A program made the translations under genes and the position numbers. Source: Mobula hypostoma (taxonomy: Eukaryota). From it: 64,000 bases of DNA. The notes below the pieces were generated by a model. That model worked only from the letters and a program-made list of their open reading frames with translations. It did no database searches and was not told the origin of the DNA. Position 1 is the first letter of the stretch. The number at the start of each line of letters is the position of its first letter. This document shows positions 1 through 11,974 of the stretch, piece by piece. The stretch covers positions 1,178,001 through 1,242,000 of the forward strand of contig NC_086101.1 of NCBI RefSeq assembly GCF_963921235.1, written 5' to 3'.

Positions 1-113
1 CCTGCTGTTGTCAATAATCAGCTCCTTGTTTTTGCTGATATTGAGAGAGAGGTTGTTGTGACACTACTCAGCCAGGTTTTCACTCCTCGTCCTATACGTT
101 GATTTGTCACTAC
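1..113 (-). mobile_element. Rex1/Babar-like LINE RT fragment
   Basis: Minus strand reads as a degenerate YR.E.E.L.EWC..NNLSLN.SK.KELI.D, the post-FADD region of Rex1/Babar RT; runs off the window edge. Confidence 0.6.
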
Positions 114-133
114 CTTTGCAGCCTTATTAATGA

Positions 134-300
134 CACTCAGTGGCCACTTTGTTAGATACACCTGCCTGCTAATGCATAAAAACATACAGACATGGTCAAG
201 TAGCTCAGTTTAAACATCAGAATGAGGAAGAAATGTGATCGAAGTGACTGTGAAGTGGAATGATTTTTGGTGTCAGAGAGAGTGATTTGAGTAGCTCAGC
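134..300 (+). mobile_element. Tc1-like DNA transposon left-end fragment
   Basis: Begins CACTCAGTGGCCACTTTGTTAGATACACC, resembling fish Tc1 TIRs, then a degenerate transposase N-terminus; no second TIR seen. Confidence 0.55.
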
Positions 301-515
301 GACAGGGGCAGGTCACAGTGAAAAGGCTTCCTGCAGGTTGACGACATATGCTTAGAAGTACAGAAGGGACATTGTTGGAAGCAGGCTAGTGGTGAGAGTC
401 AGAACATTAGGCTTTGGTTCAAAGGAGGCTTCGGCTTGAAAGAGGTGTTGATTCTGGGTAAGCATCTGTTACGGTTCCCTTTTTATTTTCACTTACTCTA
501 CCTAGTGTAGTAAAT

Positions 516-1733
516 CAGCGGTCCCCAAACACCAGGCCGCAAAGCATGTGCTACCGGGCCGCGAGGAAACGATATGATTTGGCGATATGAGTCAGCTGCA
601 CCTTTTCTCATTCCCCGTCACGGTCACTGTTGAGCTTGAACGCACGCGAGGTCATTATGCACGCGTCATCCGTGTCAGCGTGGGAAGAAGATCAACTCCT
701 CGAGCTTGCAAATGACGGTGGGCTGAAAAGTATGTTTGACATAACATCTCTGCCGGCATTCTGGGTCAAAGTCAAGGCTAAATATCCTGAGATAACCATG
801 AAAGCATAGAAAACGTTTCTTCCATTTCCAACATATCTCTGCAATGAATGCAACGAAAACTAAATTGTGGAATAGACTGGACATAAGGAACCCCCTTCGA
901 GTATTGTTGTCTCCCATCACCCCTCGATGGCACCGTCTTGTTGCAGGGAAACAAGCCCAGGGCTCCCACTGATTCAGCGATATTGGTGTGTTGCAATGAT
1001 TTTATACGTTCATACGGGGAAAATATGTGCTGCGTGTTTAATATCCAAACGTTACTTAAAATGTTATGATGCTATTGGCTTATAAGTGATTTATATAACC
1101 ATATAACAATTACAGCACGGAAACGGGCTATCTCGGCCCTTCTAGTCCGTGCCGAACGCTACTCTCACCTAGTCCCACCGACCTGCACTCAGCCCATAAC
1201 CCACCATTCCTTTCCTGTCCATATACCTATCCAATTTTTCTTTGAATGATAATATTGAACCTGCCTCTACCACTTCTACTGGAAATTCGTTCAACACTTA
1301 CTTCAAGCTCCCCTGGCCTCCCCTGATAATTGACTTATTACTATATTCATGCGAGGAAAATATGCTCTGTGTGTTTAATATTAAATTCGTTAGATAAACC
1401 CTTTTAGAAACGAAATTGAGTGTATTAGACACTTATAACTGATATTCTGGTCGTGATTCACACCCCTCCCCCGAACAGAATCGCCAAAAACGATTTGTAG
1501 AGAAAAAAATCGGAAGGTACACACGTGCAGGTCACGCATGCGCACTGGTGCCCGCACAAGGCTTCATGGTCATTATCGTCTATATGGGTAAACACAACGT
1601 ATTTGACTGCTACTCTTGTCCATTGGCAATCCCACCTCCCCCCCGCCCCCCCCCCCCCACTGGGTCGGCCGGTCCTCAAGAGTATTGTCAATATTAAACC
1701 GGTCTGCAGTGCAAAAAAGGTTGGGGACCCCTG
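516..1733 (+). mobile_element. Non-autonomous hAT (Charlie/Buster-like) DNA transposon
   Basis: TIRs CAGCGGTCCCCAA ... TTGGGGACCCCTG; perfect 8-bp TSD TAGTAAAT (508-515 and 1734-1741); remnant transposase C-terminus EEDQLLELANDGGLKSMF...FWVKVK.KYP...LPFPT...KQAQGSH* at ~685-972. Confidence 0.92.
1097..1295 (-). mobile_element. CR1 3' end nested inside the hAT element
   Basis: Tail AACCATATAACAATTACAGCACGGAAAC and a CR1 3'UTR; the same tail family occurs at 23160-23240. Confidence 0.75.
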
Positions 1734-1757
1734 TAGTAAATTGCCGTTGTGTGTTCT

Positions 1758-2392
1758 TTAGATTAGATTCAACTCTATTGTCATTGTGCGGAGTACAGAT
1801 ACAAAGCCAATGAAATGCATTTAGCATCTGACCAGAAATGCAAAGAATAGTGTTATTTACAAAATAACTGTGAATTAAAAAAGTGCTACAGCACACAAAT
1901 ATAAAAGTACTGAGACAGTACAATATGGGTGCAATACTGCTTAGCGCTGTGATGTGAGGTTCAGCAGGGTCACAGCCTCAGGGAAGAAGCTCTTCCTGTG
2001 CCTGCTGGTGTGGGAGCGGAGGCTCCTGTAGCGCCTACCGGATGGGAGAAGAGTAAAAAGTCCATGGTTAGGCTGAGATGCATCCTTGATAATGCTTTTC
2101 GCCCTGCCCAGGCAGCGTTTATGGTAGATGTTCTCAATGGTGGGCAATTGGGTGCCGATAATCCACCGGGCAATTTTCACCACATGCTGGAGCGCGTTGC
2201 AGTCTGATACAGGACAATTGCCATACCACACTGAGATGCAGTTGGTGAGTATGCTCTCAATGGTACAGCGGTAAAAGTCCGTCAGTATCCTGGGACAGAG
2301 GTGAGCTTTCTCCATGCTCTGCAGGAAATAAAGGCACTGTTGCACCTTTTTGATCAGGATGGAGGAGTTCAGGGACCAGGTGAGATCCTCTT
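1758..2392 (-). mobile_element. Rex1/Babar LINE 3' portion
   Basis: ORF 1941-2450 carries the Rex1 C-terminal motifs KKVQQCLYFL, FYRCTIESILTNCISVWYG, LLPSGRRYRS; 3' tail AATGACAATAGAGTTG(AATCT)n. Confidence 0.85.
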
Positions 2393-2885
2393 GAAGCCTG
2401 ATGTTGAATTCCTGGGAGACCCAAAGTCCTCCAGGGAACAACATCTGCATGGTGCATCCAGCTGCAGCTCCTTGAAGATTGTGTTAGGGATCGGGAGCAG
2501 CAGCTGGAAGACCTTCAGCATGTACGTGAGAGTGAGATGATCCACCCAAATCACAGGGAAGGAGTCACCCCTAGGTGGCAGGAGGTGAGTAGCTGGGTGA
2601 CTGTCAGCAGAAATGGAAATGTAAGCAGGCAGTTAGCGCCGAGTATCCCTGTAGCCATTCCCCTCAATAATAAGTATACTGTTTTGGATACTGTTATGGA
2701 GGATGACCTCCCAGTGGAATGCCACAGAGACCAGGTTACTGGCACTGAGCATAGGTACATGGTTCAAAGGAGAAAGAGGGAGAAGAGGGAAGTGGTAGTG
2801 ATAGGGGGCGCAATAGTCAGGGGAACAGAATGGAGTTTCTGTGGAGGTGAACAGGGCACCCAAATGGCATGTTGTCTCCCAGGTG

Positions 2886-3323
2886 GGGAGCGTGCCTTAT
2901 GAGAATAGGTCGAGTGAACTTGGCATTCTCTCCTTGGAGCGACAGAAGATGAGAGGTGACCTGATAGAGGTGTATAAGATGATGAGAGGCATTGATTGTA
3001 TGGATAGTCAGAGGCTTTTTCCCAGGGCTGAAATGGTTACACACAAGAGGACACAGGTGTAAGGTGCTGGGGAGTAGATACAGAGGAGATGTCAGGGGTA
3101 AGTTTTTTACACAGAGAGTGGTGAGTGCGTGGAAGGGGCTGCCGGCAACGGTGGTGGAGGCGGATATGATAGGGTCTTTTAAGAGACTTTTGGATAGGTA
3201 TATGGAGCTTAGAAAAATAGAGGGCTATAGGTAAGCCTAGTAATTTCTAAGGTAGGAACATGCTCGGCACAACTTTGTGGGCCGAAGGGCCTGTATTGTG
3301 CTGTAGATTTTCTATGTTTCTAT
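2886..3323 (+). mobile_element. 5'-truncated CR1 3' end
   Basis: YENR.SELG..SLER..MRGDLIEVYK...FFTQRVV; (TTCTATG)n tail; interrupts CR1 ORF1. Confidence 0.9.
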
Positions 3324-3505
3324 GACAGGGATGTCTCAGATCGTGTCCACAACATTTTGCAGAGGGAGGGAGAGTTGCCAGATGTCTTGGTACATACTGG
3401 TACCAGTGACAGAGAAAGAAAAAGCAATGAGGTCATGAAGAAAGAATTTAGAGAGCTAGGTAGACAGTTGAGAAGCAGGACCTCATGGGTAGAAATATCT
3501 GGATT

Positions 3506-3885
3506 GATTATGTGAGTGATGATGATTATGGTGTGAATGGTGTTGGTGATGGTGTGAGTGGTGATGGTGATGGTGTGAGTGGTGTTGGTGATGGTGGGAG
3601 TGGTGATGGTGTGAGGGGTGATGGTGATGGTATGAGTGGTGATGGTGATGGTGTGAGTGGTATTGGTGATGGTGGGTGATGGTGTGAGGGGTGATGGTGA
3701 TGGTGTGAGTGGTGTTGGTGATGGTGGGAGTGGTGATGGTGTGAGGGGTGATGGTGATGGCATGAGTGGTGATGGTGATGGTGTGAGGGGTGTTGGTATG
3801 AGGGGTAATGTTAATGGTGTGAGTGGTGTTGAAGATGGTGTGTGTTGTTGGTGTGAGTGATGATGGTGATGGTGTGGGTTGTGAT
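3506..3885. repeat. GGTGAT/GGTGTGAGT minisatellite
   Basis: Tandem GGTGATGGTGTGAGT variants; reverse complement of the motif at 11975-13870. Confidence 0.9.
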
Positions 3886-3979
3886 GTAAGGCGGGGAGTG
3901 CTGTATTTTTCTACATTTCATTTTAATTCTTGTGATAAGAGGGTGTCTTATCAATTATTTGTGTTTGTTCTCTGTGCAG

Positions 3980-4360
3980 AAGAATGGGCAGTGATCTAAT
4001 TCAGACATATATGTTTCTAAGTGGCTTGACAGTGAATTGTTTTCATATGTGATAGAGTCACAAACAGAGCTGCAAAATGGGGACGCAGTCATTTAAAACT
4101 GAAGTGCCAGGAATACTCTTCTCCCAGAGGATATCTTATAGTTTTATAGTTCTTCTCTCAGAGAGTTCCAGAGACATCTTCCTCAGGGCATGTTGGGGAC
4201 TGGATCATCAGATTAATTTAAGATGGTTATAGGTAATATTTGAAAAAATTAAAGAAATGAGTGTTTAGTGAACTGGCAAAGGAAGTGTTGAGGCGATCAT
4301 AGATCAGCCATGATGATATTATATGGCAGAGCAGGTTTGACTGGCAAAGTGGTCTTCTAT
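3980..4360 (+). mobile_element. Highly decayed CR1 3' end
   Basis: Degenerate RM..DLIQTY..L.GLD and a CR1-type 3'UTR (GATCAGCCATGAT...ATGGCAGAGCAGG). Confidence 0.5.
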
Positions 4361-4892
4361 TTTGTTGATTTGCTTTGTGTGTGGTGCAAATGTCACTCAT
4401 GAAAATCATCCCAAAAGATATTATGAAATGACATTGTTTCTCTCAGTGGCAAACCATAGAACAGAGCAATATACTTCTTCTAAACCACCTTGCCCAGTAC
4501 GTCGTGGAACTTGTTACTTGTGGTTTACACTTTGAGTTTCTAGATAAAGTAAAATTATACATAGACAATTAAATTACTGTTTATAGATTGAATTAGTAGT
4601 GTACATCCAATCATATTCTGTGATATAAGATATAGGTAATAGTCAGGTGTGAGTATTGCAGGACATCTATCAAGTGGAAAATGACCACGACAACAGTAAT
4701 TTCCCAAAGTATCTACAGCCTGTTGCCTCATTTCAAGCAGAGCTGCAAGCAGAGGAAAGCACGTGCTGGACAGAGAGGAAATCAACACTTGCTGGAAGGA
4801 GCATTTTGAGCAATTGCTTCAATCACCTTCAGCAACAGTCCGTTGGAGGAATTCAGCAGATTGAGAAGGTTTAGAGGAAAGATGTAAATAAG

Positions 4893-5893
4893 ATTGCTTG
4901 TGTGCTTGCAACACTGTGTGCCTGACAGAGTGATCAGCTGCACTGGGGTTCCACAGGGGACTGTCTTGTCTTCCTTTCTCTTCAGCATTTACACCTCGGA
5001 CTTCAACTACTGCACAGAGTCTCGTCATCTTCAGAAGTTTTCTGATGACTCTGCCATAGTTGGATGCATCAGCAAGGGAGATGAGGTTGAGTACAGGGCC
5101 ACGGTAGGAAACTTTGTCACATGGTGTGAGCAGAATTATCTGCAGCCTAATGTGAAAAAGACTAAGGAGCTGGTGGTAGACCTGAGGAGAGCTAAGGTAC
5201 CAGTGACCCCTGTTTCCATCCAGGGGTCAGTGTGGACATGGTGGAGGATTACAAATACCTGGGGATACAAATTGACAATAAACTGGACTGGTCAAAGAAC
5301 ACTGAGGCTGTCTACAAGAAGGGTCAGAGCCGCCTCTATTTCCTGAGGAGACTGAAGTCCTTTAACATCTGCTGGACGATGCTGAGGATGTTCTACGAGT
5401 CTGTGGTGGCCAGTGTGATCATGTTTGCTGTTGTGTGCTGGGGCAGCAGGCTGAGGGTAGCAGACACCAGCAGAATCAACACACTCATTCTTAAGGCCAG
5501 TGATGTTGTGGGGATGGAACTGGACTCTCTCACGGTGGTGTCTGAAAAGAGGATGCTGTCTAAGTTGCATGCCATCTTGGTCAATGTCTCCCATCCACTA
5601 CATAATGTACTGGGTGGGCACAGGAATACATTCAGCCAGAAACTCATTCCTCCGAGATGCAACACAGAGCGTCATAGGAAGTCATTCCTGCCTGTGGCCA
5701 TTAAACTTTACAACTCCTCCCTTGGAGGGTCAGACACCCTGAGCCAATAGGCTGGTCCTGGTCTTATTTCCTGGCATAATTTACATATTACTGTTTAATT
5801 ATTTATGGTTTTATTACTATTTAATTATTTATGGCGCAACTGTAACAAAAACCAATTTCCCCCAGGATCAATAAAGTATGACTATGACTATGA
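4893..5893 (+). mobile_element. Rex1/Babar LINE, 5'-truncated
   Basis: RT motifs TGVPQGTVLS, KFSDDSAIVG, NVKKTKELVVD; C-terminal YKKGQSRLYFLRRL; frameshift ~5225; AATAAA plus (ATGACT)n tail. Confidence 0.9.
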
Positions 5894-6056
5894 CAAGATG
5901 GAAGGGATATGGAGTGCTCTGGTCCGGGTGCAAATCAATAGGACTGGGTGGTTTAAATGGTTTGATATGGACTAGATAGGCCAAAGGGCCTGTTTCTGTG
6001 CTGTACCTTTTTAAGACTCTACTCTTGTGCATGAAAATTCCAGGGGATCAGCATTT

Positions 6057-7441
6057 TAAGACCATAAGACATAGGAGCAGAATTAGGCCATTTGGCCCAA
6101 CAAGTCTGCCCTGCCATGGCTGATCCTTTCCCCCTCCTCAGCCCCACTTCCCCACTCCCCCGCCGTTTCCCCGTGACTTTTGATGCCGTGTCCAGTCAAG
6201 AACCTGTCAAGCTCTACCTTAAATACACCCTATGACCTGTTCTTCGTAGCTGCTTGAAGTAATAAATTCCACAAATCACCACCCTCTGGCTAAAGAAATT
6301 TCTCTGCATCTCTGTCTTAAATGGACACCCCTCGATGTTGAGGCTGTGCCCTCTTGTCCTAGACTCCCCCACCATGGCAAATATCCTTTCCACATCCACT
6401 CTTTTTTTTTGGCCTCTCAACATTTGAAAGCTTTCAATGAGATCCCCCCTCATTCTTCTAAATTCCAGCAATGGTCCCAACACCGACCCCTGCGGAACAC
6501 CACTAGTCACCGGCAGCCAACAAGGAAAGGAAAGTTTTATTCCCACTCGCTGCCTCCTGCCAATCAGCCAATGCTCTAACCATGCCAGTAACTGTCCTAT
6601 AATGCCATGGGCTCTTAACTTGGTGAGCGGCTGCATGTGTGGCACCTTGTCAAAGGCCTTCTGAAAGTCCAAATGTACACTATCCACTGCTTCCCCTTTA
6701 TCTATCCTACTTGCAAACTCCTCAGAGAATTCCAAAAGGTCTATCAGGCAAGATTTTCCCTGAAGGAAACCATAGTGACTTTGTCCTATCTTGTCCTGTG
6801 TCACCTTATCCTTAACAATTGACTTCAACATCTTTCCGACCACTGAGGTCAGGCAACTGGTCTATAATTTCCTTTCTGCTGCCTTCCTCCTTTCTTAACG
6901 AGTGGAGTGACATTTGCAATTTTGCAGTCCTCTGGCACTATGCCAAGGTCAAATGATTTTTGAATGCCTCCACAATCCCTACTGCTCCCCTCTTCAGAAC
7001 CCTAGGATGCAGTCCATGTACACAAGGGTTCATATGTATCCTTAGGTCTTTCAGTTTTTTGAACACCTTCACCCATGTAATAGTAATTGCACCCACTTCT
7101 CTTCCCTCATACTCTTCAATGTCTAGCACACAGCTAGTGTCTTCCACAGCGAAGACTAGCACAAGATACTCATTTAATTCATCTGCTATCTCCTTGATCT
7201 GTTTTTATTTTTTACGTACTTGAAAAAGCTTTTACTGTCCACTTTGATATTTTTTGCTAGTTTCCTTTCATATTTAATCTTTTTCCTCCTAATGATTCTT
7301 TCAGTTGCTCTCCATAAGCTTTTAAAATCTTCCCAATCCTCTGTATTCCCACTGGGTTTTGCTTTGTTGTATGCCCTCTCTTTTGCTTTTACATTAGCAT
7401 TGGCTTCCCTTGTTCACCACAGTTGTACTATTTTGCCATTG
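6057..7441 (-). mobile_element. CR1 ORF2 fragment with internal deletion
   Basis: ORF 6214-6843 joins [15 protein letters not shown] directly to C-terminal EFRRMRGDL; 3' tail at ~6057. Confidence 0.88.
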
Positions 7442-7477
7442 AGTACAAAAAGAACAGGTTACACCTGAACCCAAAAA

Positions 7478-8115
7478 TCAGCGGGAGGAGAGAGTGCAGC
7501 ACGCTGCCTGTGCACAGACCTCCGGTGAAAAATGATATCGTATCCGTTAAATAGGGGACGTGGACAATTCTGATTTGATGGAGACAGACGTGAAAGCACA
7601 GAGGAACATCTGAAGAAATTTCTGAAATGCCCGGTCGCTGCTGTCGTTACCACGCGATCGTGAGTCTTCCGGAGGGTAGGCCTCAAAATCCCCGGTTTTG
7701 CCTGCTGTTGGTGACTGAGATTGAGGTCGAATCGCTGGGATAGAGATGGTGCTCGGTACTCAGTGTCGGAGAGCTGATTGGAGGCTCGAAGTTTTCGGAT
7801 GACTCAGAGTCGGACTGTGGTCGGGCATAGCAGGGAGAGTTTTTCTTCCTTCTCCCGTCTGCGTGAGATGTGGGACATTTGAGAGGCTTTGAACTTTTTA
7901 CTGTGCTCATGGACTTCTTCATCAAGTTATGGTATTGTTGCACTATTGTAACTATATGTTATAATTATGTGGTTTTGTTAGTTTTTTCAGTCTTGGTCTG
8001 TCCTGTGTTTTATGATATCACACCGGAGGAAATATTGTATCATTTCTTAATGCATGCATTACTAAATGACAATAAAAGAGGACTGCGTGTCTTCATAATC
8101 TAATCTAAAAAAAAA
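7478..8115 (+). mobile_element. Non-autonomous retroposon family A, copy 1
   Basis: ~630 bp with no recognisable coding homology; alignable to 30392-31078 (+) and 36575-37205 (-); ends AATGACAATAAAAGAGGACTGCGTGTCTTCATAATCTAATCT-A(n). Confidence 0.75.
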
Positions 8116-10905
8116 GGTCCAATATCCTAGCAGACACATTTAATAGAGCTGTTCGGGAGGGTTTAAACTAATTTGGCAGGGAGATGGGAACGGAGTGATA
8201 GCGTTGAGGAAGGGGAAAACAGAAATAAATCAAAGATTGCGTGCAACAGAGATTATAGAAAGTTCAGGCAGGAGATGAAGCTTAGCCAGTGGGATGAGTT
8301 ACAGGGCAATAGAGGCGTGGTGCAGTTAAAACAGAAAACAACAAATACTGGACTGAAAGTGTTGTATTTGAATGCACACAGCATAAGGAATAAAATGGAC
8401 GATCTTGAAATTCAGCTACAGACTGGCAAATATGACGTTGTGGCCATCTCTGAAACTTGGCTAAAGGATGGCAGAGAGCTGAACGTCCAAGGATATACGG
8501 TGTATTGGAAAGATAGGTTAGTAGGCAGAGGGGGTGGTGTGGCTCTGTGTAGAAGAAATAATATTAAATCATCAGAAAGAGATGATATAGGATTGGAAGG
8601 TGTAGAGTCTCTATGGGTTGAGTTAAGAAATGGCAAGGGTAAAAGGACCCTAATGGCAGTTACATACAGGCCTCCAAACAGCAGCAGGGACATGGATTAC
8701 AAATTACAGCAGGAGATAGAAAAGGTGTGTCAGAAGGGCAATGAGAGGGGAACTGACCAAAGTTGACTGGAAAGGGATATTTGCAGGAAGGACAGCAGAG
8801 CAGCAATGGCTGAAGTTTCTGCGAAAAATGAGTGAAGTGCAAGACAGATGTACTTCAAATAAGAAGAAAATTTCAAAGGGAAGAAGGACACATCCGTGGC
8901 TGACAAGTGAAGTCAGAGCCAAAGTAAAAGCAAAAGAGAGAGCATACAAGGAAGCCAGAGCTAGTGAGAAGATAGTGGATTCGGAAGCTTTTAAAAACTT
9001 GCAGAAGGAAACTAAGAAGGTCGTTAGGAAGGAAAAGATGAATTATGAAAGGAAGTGGTGACTAATATCAAAGAAGATAATGAAAGCTTTTATTAAGTAT
9101 GAGAGTCGAGGGTAGATATAGGACTAATACAAAATGATGTTGGAGATATTGTAATGAGTGATGCAGAGATGGCAGAGGAACTGAACGTGTATTTTGCAAC
9201 AGTCTTCACAGTGGAAGACATCTGCAGTATTCCAGACATTCAAGAGTGTCAGGGAAGTGAAGTAGTACGTGCAGTGAAAATTACGACTGAGAAGGTGCTC
9301 AGGAAGCTTAATGGTCTGAGGGTGGATAAATCTCCTGGACCTCATGAAATGCACCCTCGGATTCTGAAGGAAGTAGCTGGAGAGATTGTGGAGGCATTAA
9401 CAATGACCTTTCAAGAATCGATAGATTCTGGCATTGTACCAGATGACTGGAAAATTTCAAATGTTACTCCGCTATTTATGAAGTGTGGGAAGCAGCAGAA
9501 AGGAAACTATAGACCTGTTAGCCTGACATCAGTGGTTGGGAAGTTGTTGGAATCGATTGTTAGGGATGACATTATGAAATACCTGGAGGCACATGACAAG
9601 ATATGTCAAAGTCAGCATGGTTTCCTGAAAGGAAAATCCGGTCTGACTAACCTACTGCAATTGTTTGAGGAAATTACAAGCAGGGTAGACAAAGGAGATG
9701 CAGTAGATGTGGTGTACTTGGATTTTCAGAAGGCCTTTGACAAGGTGCCACACATGAGGCTGCTTAGCAAGATAAGAGCCCATGGAATTACCGGTAAGTT
9801 ACTTGCACGGGTGGAGCATTGGCTGGTTGGCAGAAAACAGAGAGTGGGAATAAAGGGATCCTATTCTGGCTGGATGCTGGTTACCAGTGGAGTTCCACAG
9901 GGGTCGATGTTGAGACCGCTGCTTTTTATGATGTATGTCAATGATTTGGACTATGGTATTAATGGATTTGTGGCTAAATTTACCAATGATACAAAGATAG
10001 GTGGAGGAGTGGGTAGTATTGAGGAAACAGAGAGCCTGCAGAGAGACTGAGATAATTTAAGTGAATGGGCAAAGAAGTGGCAAATGAAATACAATGTTGG
10101 AAAGTGTATGATCATGCACTTTGGTAGAAGAAATAAACGGGCAGACTATTATTTAGATGAGGAGAGAATTCAAAATGCAGAGATGCAAACGGACTTGAGA
10201 GTCCTTGTACAGGATACCCTAAAGGTTAACATCCAGATTGAGTCGGTTGTGAAGAAGGCAAATGCAATGTTGGCATTCATTTCTAGAGGTATAGAATATA
10301 AGAGCAGGGATGTGATGTTGAGGCTCTATAAGGCACTCGTGAGACCACACTTGGAGTATTGTATGCAGTTTTGGGCTCCTTATTTTAGAAAGGATATACT
10401 GACATTGGAGAGGGTTCAGAGAAGATTCACAAGAATGATTCTAGGAATGAAAGGGTTACTGTAGGAGGAATGTCTGGCAGCTCTTGGGCTGTATTCCCTG
10501 GAGTTCAGGAGAATGAGGGGGGATCTCTTAGAAACATTCCGAATGTTAAAAGGCCTGAACAGATTGGATGTGGCAATGTTATATCCCATGGTAGGGGAGT
10601 CTAGGACAAGAGGGCATGACTTCAAGATTGAAGGACTTCCTTTTAGAACTGAGATGCAGAGAAATTACCTTAGTCAGAGGGTGGTAAATCTGTGGAATTT
10701 GTTGCCACAAGTGGCTGTGGAGGCCAAGTCATTGGGTGTATTTAAGGCAGAGATAGATAGGTTCTTGATTAGCCAGGGCATCAAAGGGTATGGGGTGATG
10801 TCAGGGGAGTGGGGATAACTGGAAGAATTGAATCAGCCCATGATTGAATGGCAGAGCTGGCTCGATGGGCCGAACGGCCTACTTCTGCTCCTATATCTTA
10901 TGGTC
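8116..10905 (+). mobile_element. CR1 LINE (end of ORF1 + ORF2), decayed
   Basis: EN motifs [44 protein letters not shown]; several stops; deletion ~8745; TCTTATGGTCT tail. Confidence 0.92.
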
Positions 10906-11010
10906 TATTTTCCTTATTTTTTTCCCAGAAACTCAAGCTATTGCTGCTCTGCTATCATCCCTGCCAGCATTTCCTTCCAATTTACTTTCTCCCTATCTAA
11001 TTTCAAATTG

Positions 11011-11617
11011 ACACACACAACACGCTGGAGGAACTCAGCAGGTCGGGCAGCATCCGTGGAAACGATCAGTCGACGTTTCGGGCCGGAACCCTTCGTCAGG
11101 ACTGTAGGGGGAAGGGGCAGAGGCCCTATAAAGAAGGTGGGGGGAGGGTGGGAAGGAGAAGGCTGGTAGGTTCCAGGTGAAAAACCAGTAAGGGGAAAGA
11201 TAAAGGGGTGGAGGAGGGGAAGCAGGGAGGTGATAGGCAGGAAAGGTGAAGAAAGAATAGGGGAAAACACAATGGGTAGTAGAAGGAGGCAGAACCAAGA
11301 GGGAGGTGATAGGCAGCTGGGGGAGGGGGGCAGAGTGACATAGGGATAGGGGAAGGGAGGGGGAGGGAATTACCGGAAGATGGAGAATTCTATGTTCATA
11401 CCAAGGGGCTGGAGACTACCTGGACGGTATATGAGGTGTTACTCCTGCAACCTGAGTTTAGCCTCATCATGGCAGTAGAGGAGGCCATGTATGGACATAT
11501 CTGAATGGGAGTGGGAAGCAGAGTTGAAGTGGGTGGCTACTGGGAGATCCTGTCTGTTTTGGCAGACGGCGCGGAGGTGCTCGATGAAGCGGTCCCCCAA
11601 TCTGCGTCAGGTTTCAC
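11011..11617 (-). mobile_element. Penelope-like element 3' end (GIY-YIG endonuclease + pseudo-LTR)
   Basis: Minus strand encodes RRLGDRFIEHLRAV...PVATHFNS..HS.SDM...CHDEAKLRLQE*HLIYR.GSLQPLGMNIEFS, then a pyrimidine-rich UTR with a hammerhead motif. Confidence 0.88.
11067..11104 (-). ncRNA. Minimal type I hammerhead ribozyme (intact core)
   Basis: CAGUC-CUGACGA-A-GGG-UUCCGG-CCC-GAAA-C-GUC-GACUG: stem I CAGUC/GACUG, conserved CUGANGA and GAAA cores, GUC cleavage triplet, vestigial palindromic stem III. Confidence 0.8.
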
Positions 11618-11974
11618 TGTGGACTCAATCATATTGTGCTCACTGCCTCCTAAATGCTTTTTTACCTTAAGCTCCCTAATAAATTCCAGTTCATTACATA
11701 ACACTCTACCAGAATAGCTTATCCCCTAGTAGGCTCAATGACAAACTGCTCTAAAAGCCATATCATAGGCATTCAACAAACTCACTTTCTAGAGATCTAT
11801 TTACAACATAATTTTACCAATCAACCTGCATGTTGAAATCTCCCGTGACTATCATAACATTGCCCTTCTGACATGGATTTTCCATTTCCAACTCTGGTCC
11901 ACTTCCCAGCTACAGTTGGGAGGCCTGTATATAACTGCCATCACGGTCCTTTAACCCTTGCAGTTTCTTAACCA

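Larger units (their letters stand above)
301..3505 (+). mobile_element. CR1 5'UTR + ORF1 (esterase), split by three insertions
   Basis: ORF1 pieces at 2394-2885 (coiled coil, VVVIGGAIVRG...CCLPG) and 3324-3505 (RDVSDRVHNIL...VHTGT) join as CCLPG|..RDVSD across the 2886-3323 insert; 301-515 is the presumed 5'UTR (weaker). Confidence 0.65.

Noticed and set aside
4430..4880. Possible exons in semi-unique DNA (acceptor at ~4447; ORF 4656-4874)
   Set aside because: Weak donor and no recognisable peptide; 4750-4830 reads REEINTCWKEHFEQLL in another frame, i.e. a decayed RTE fragment
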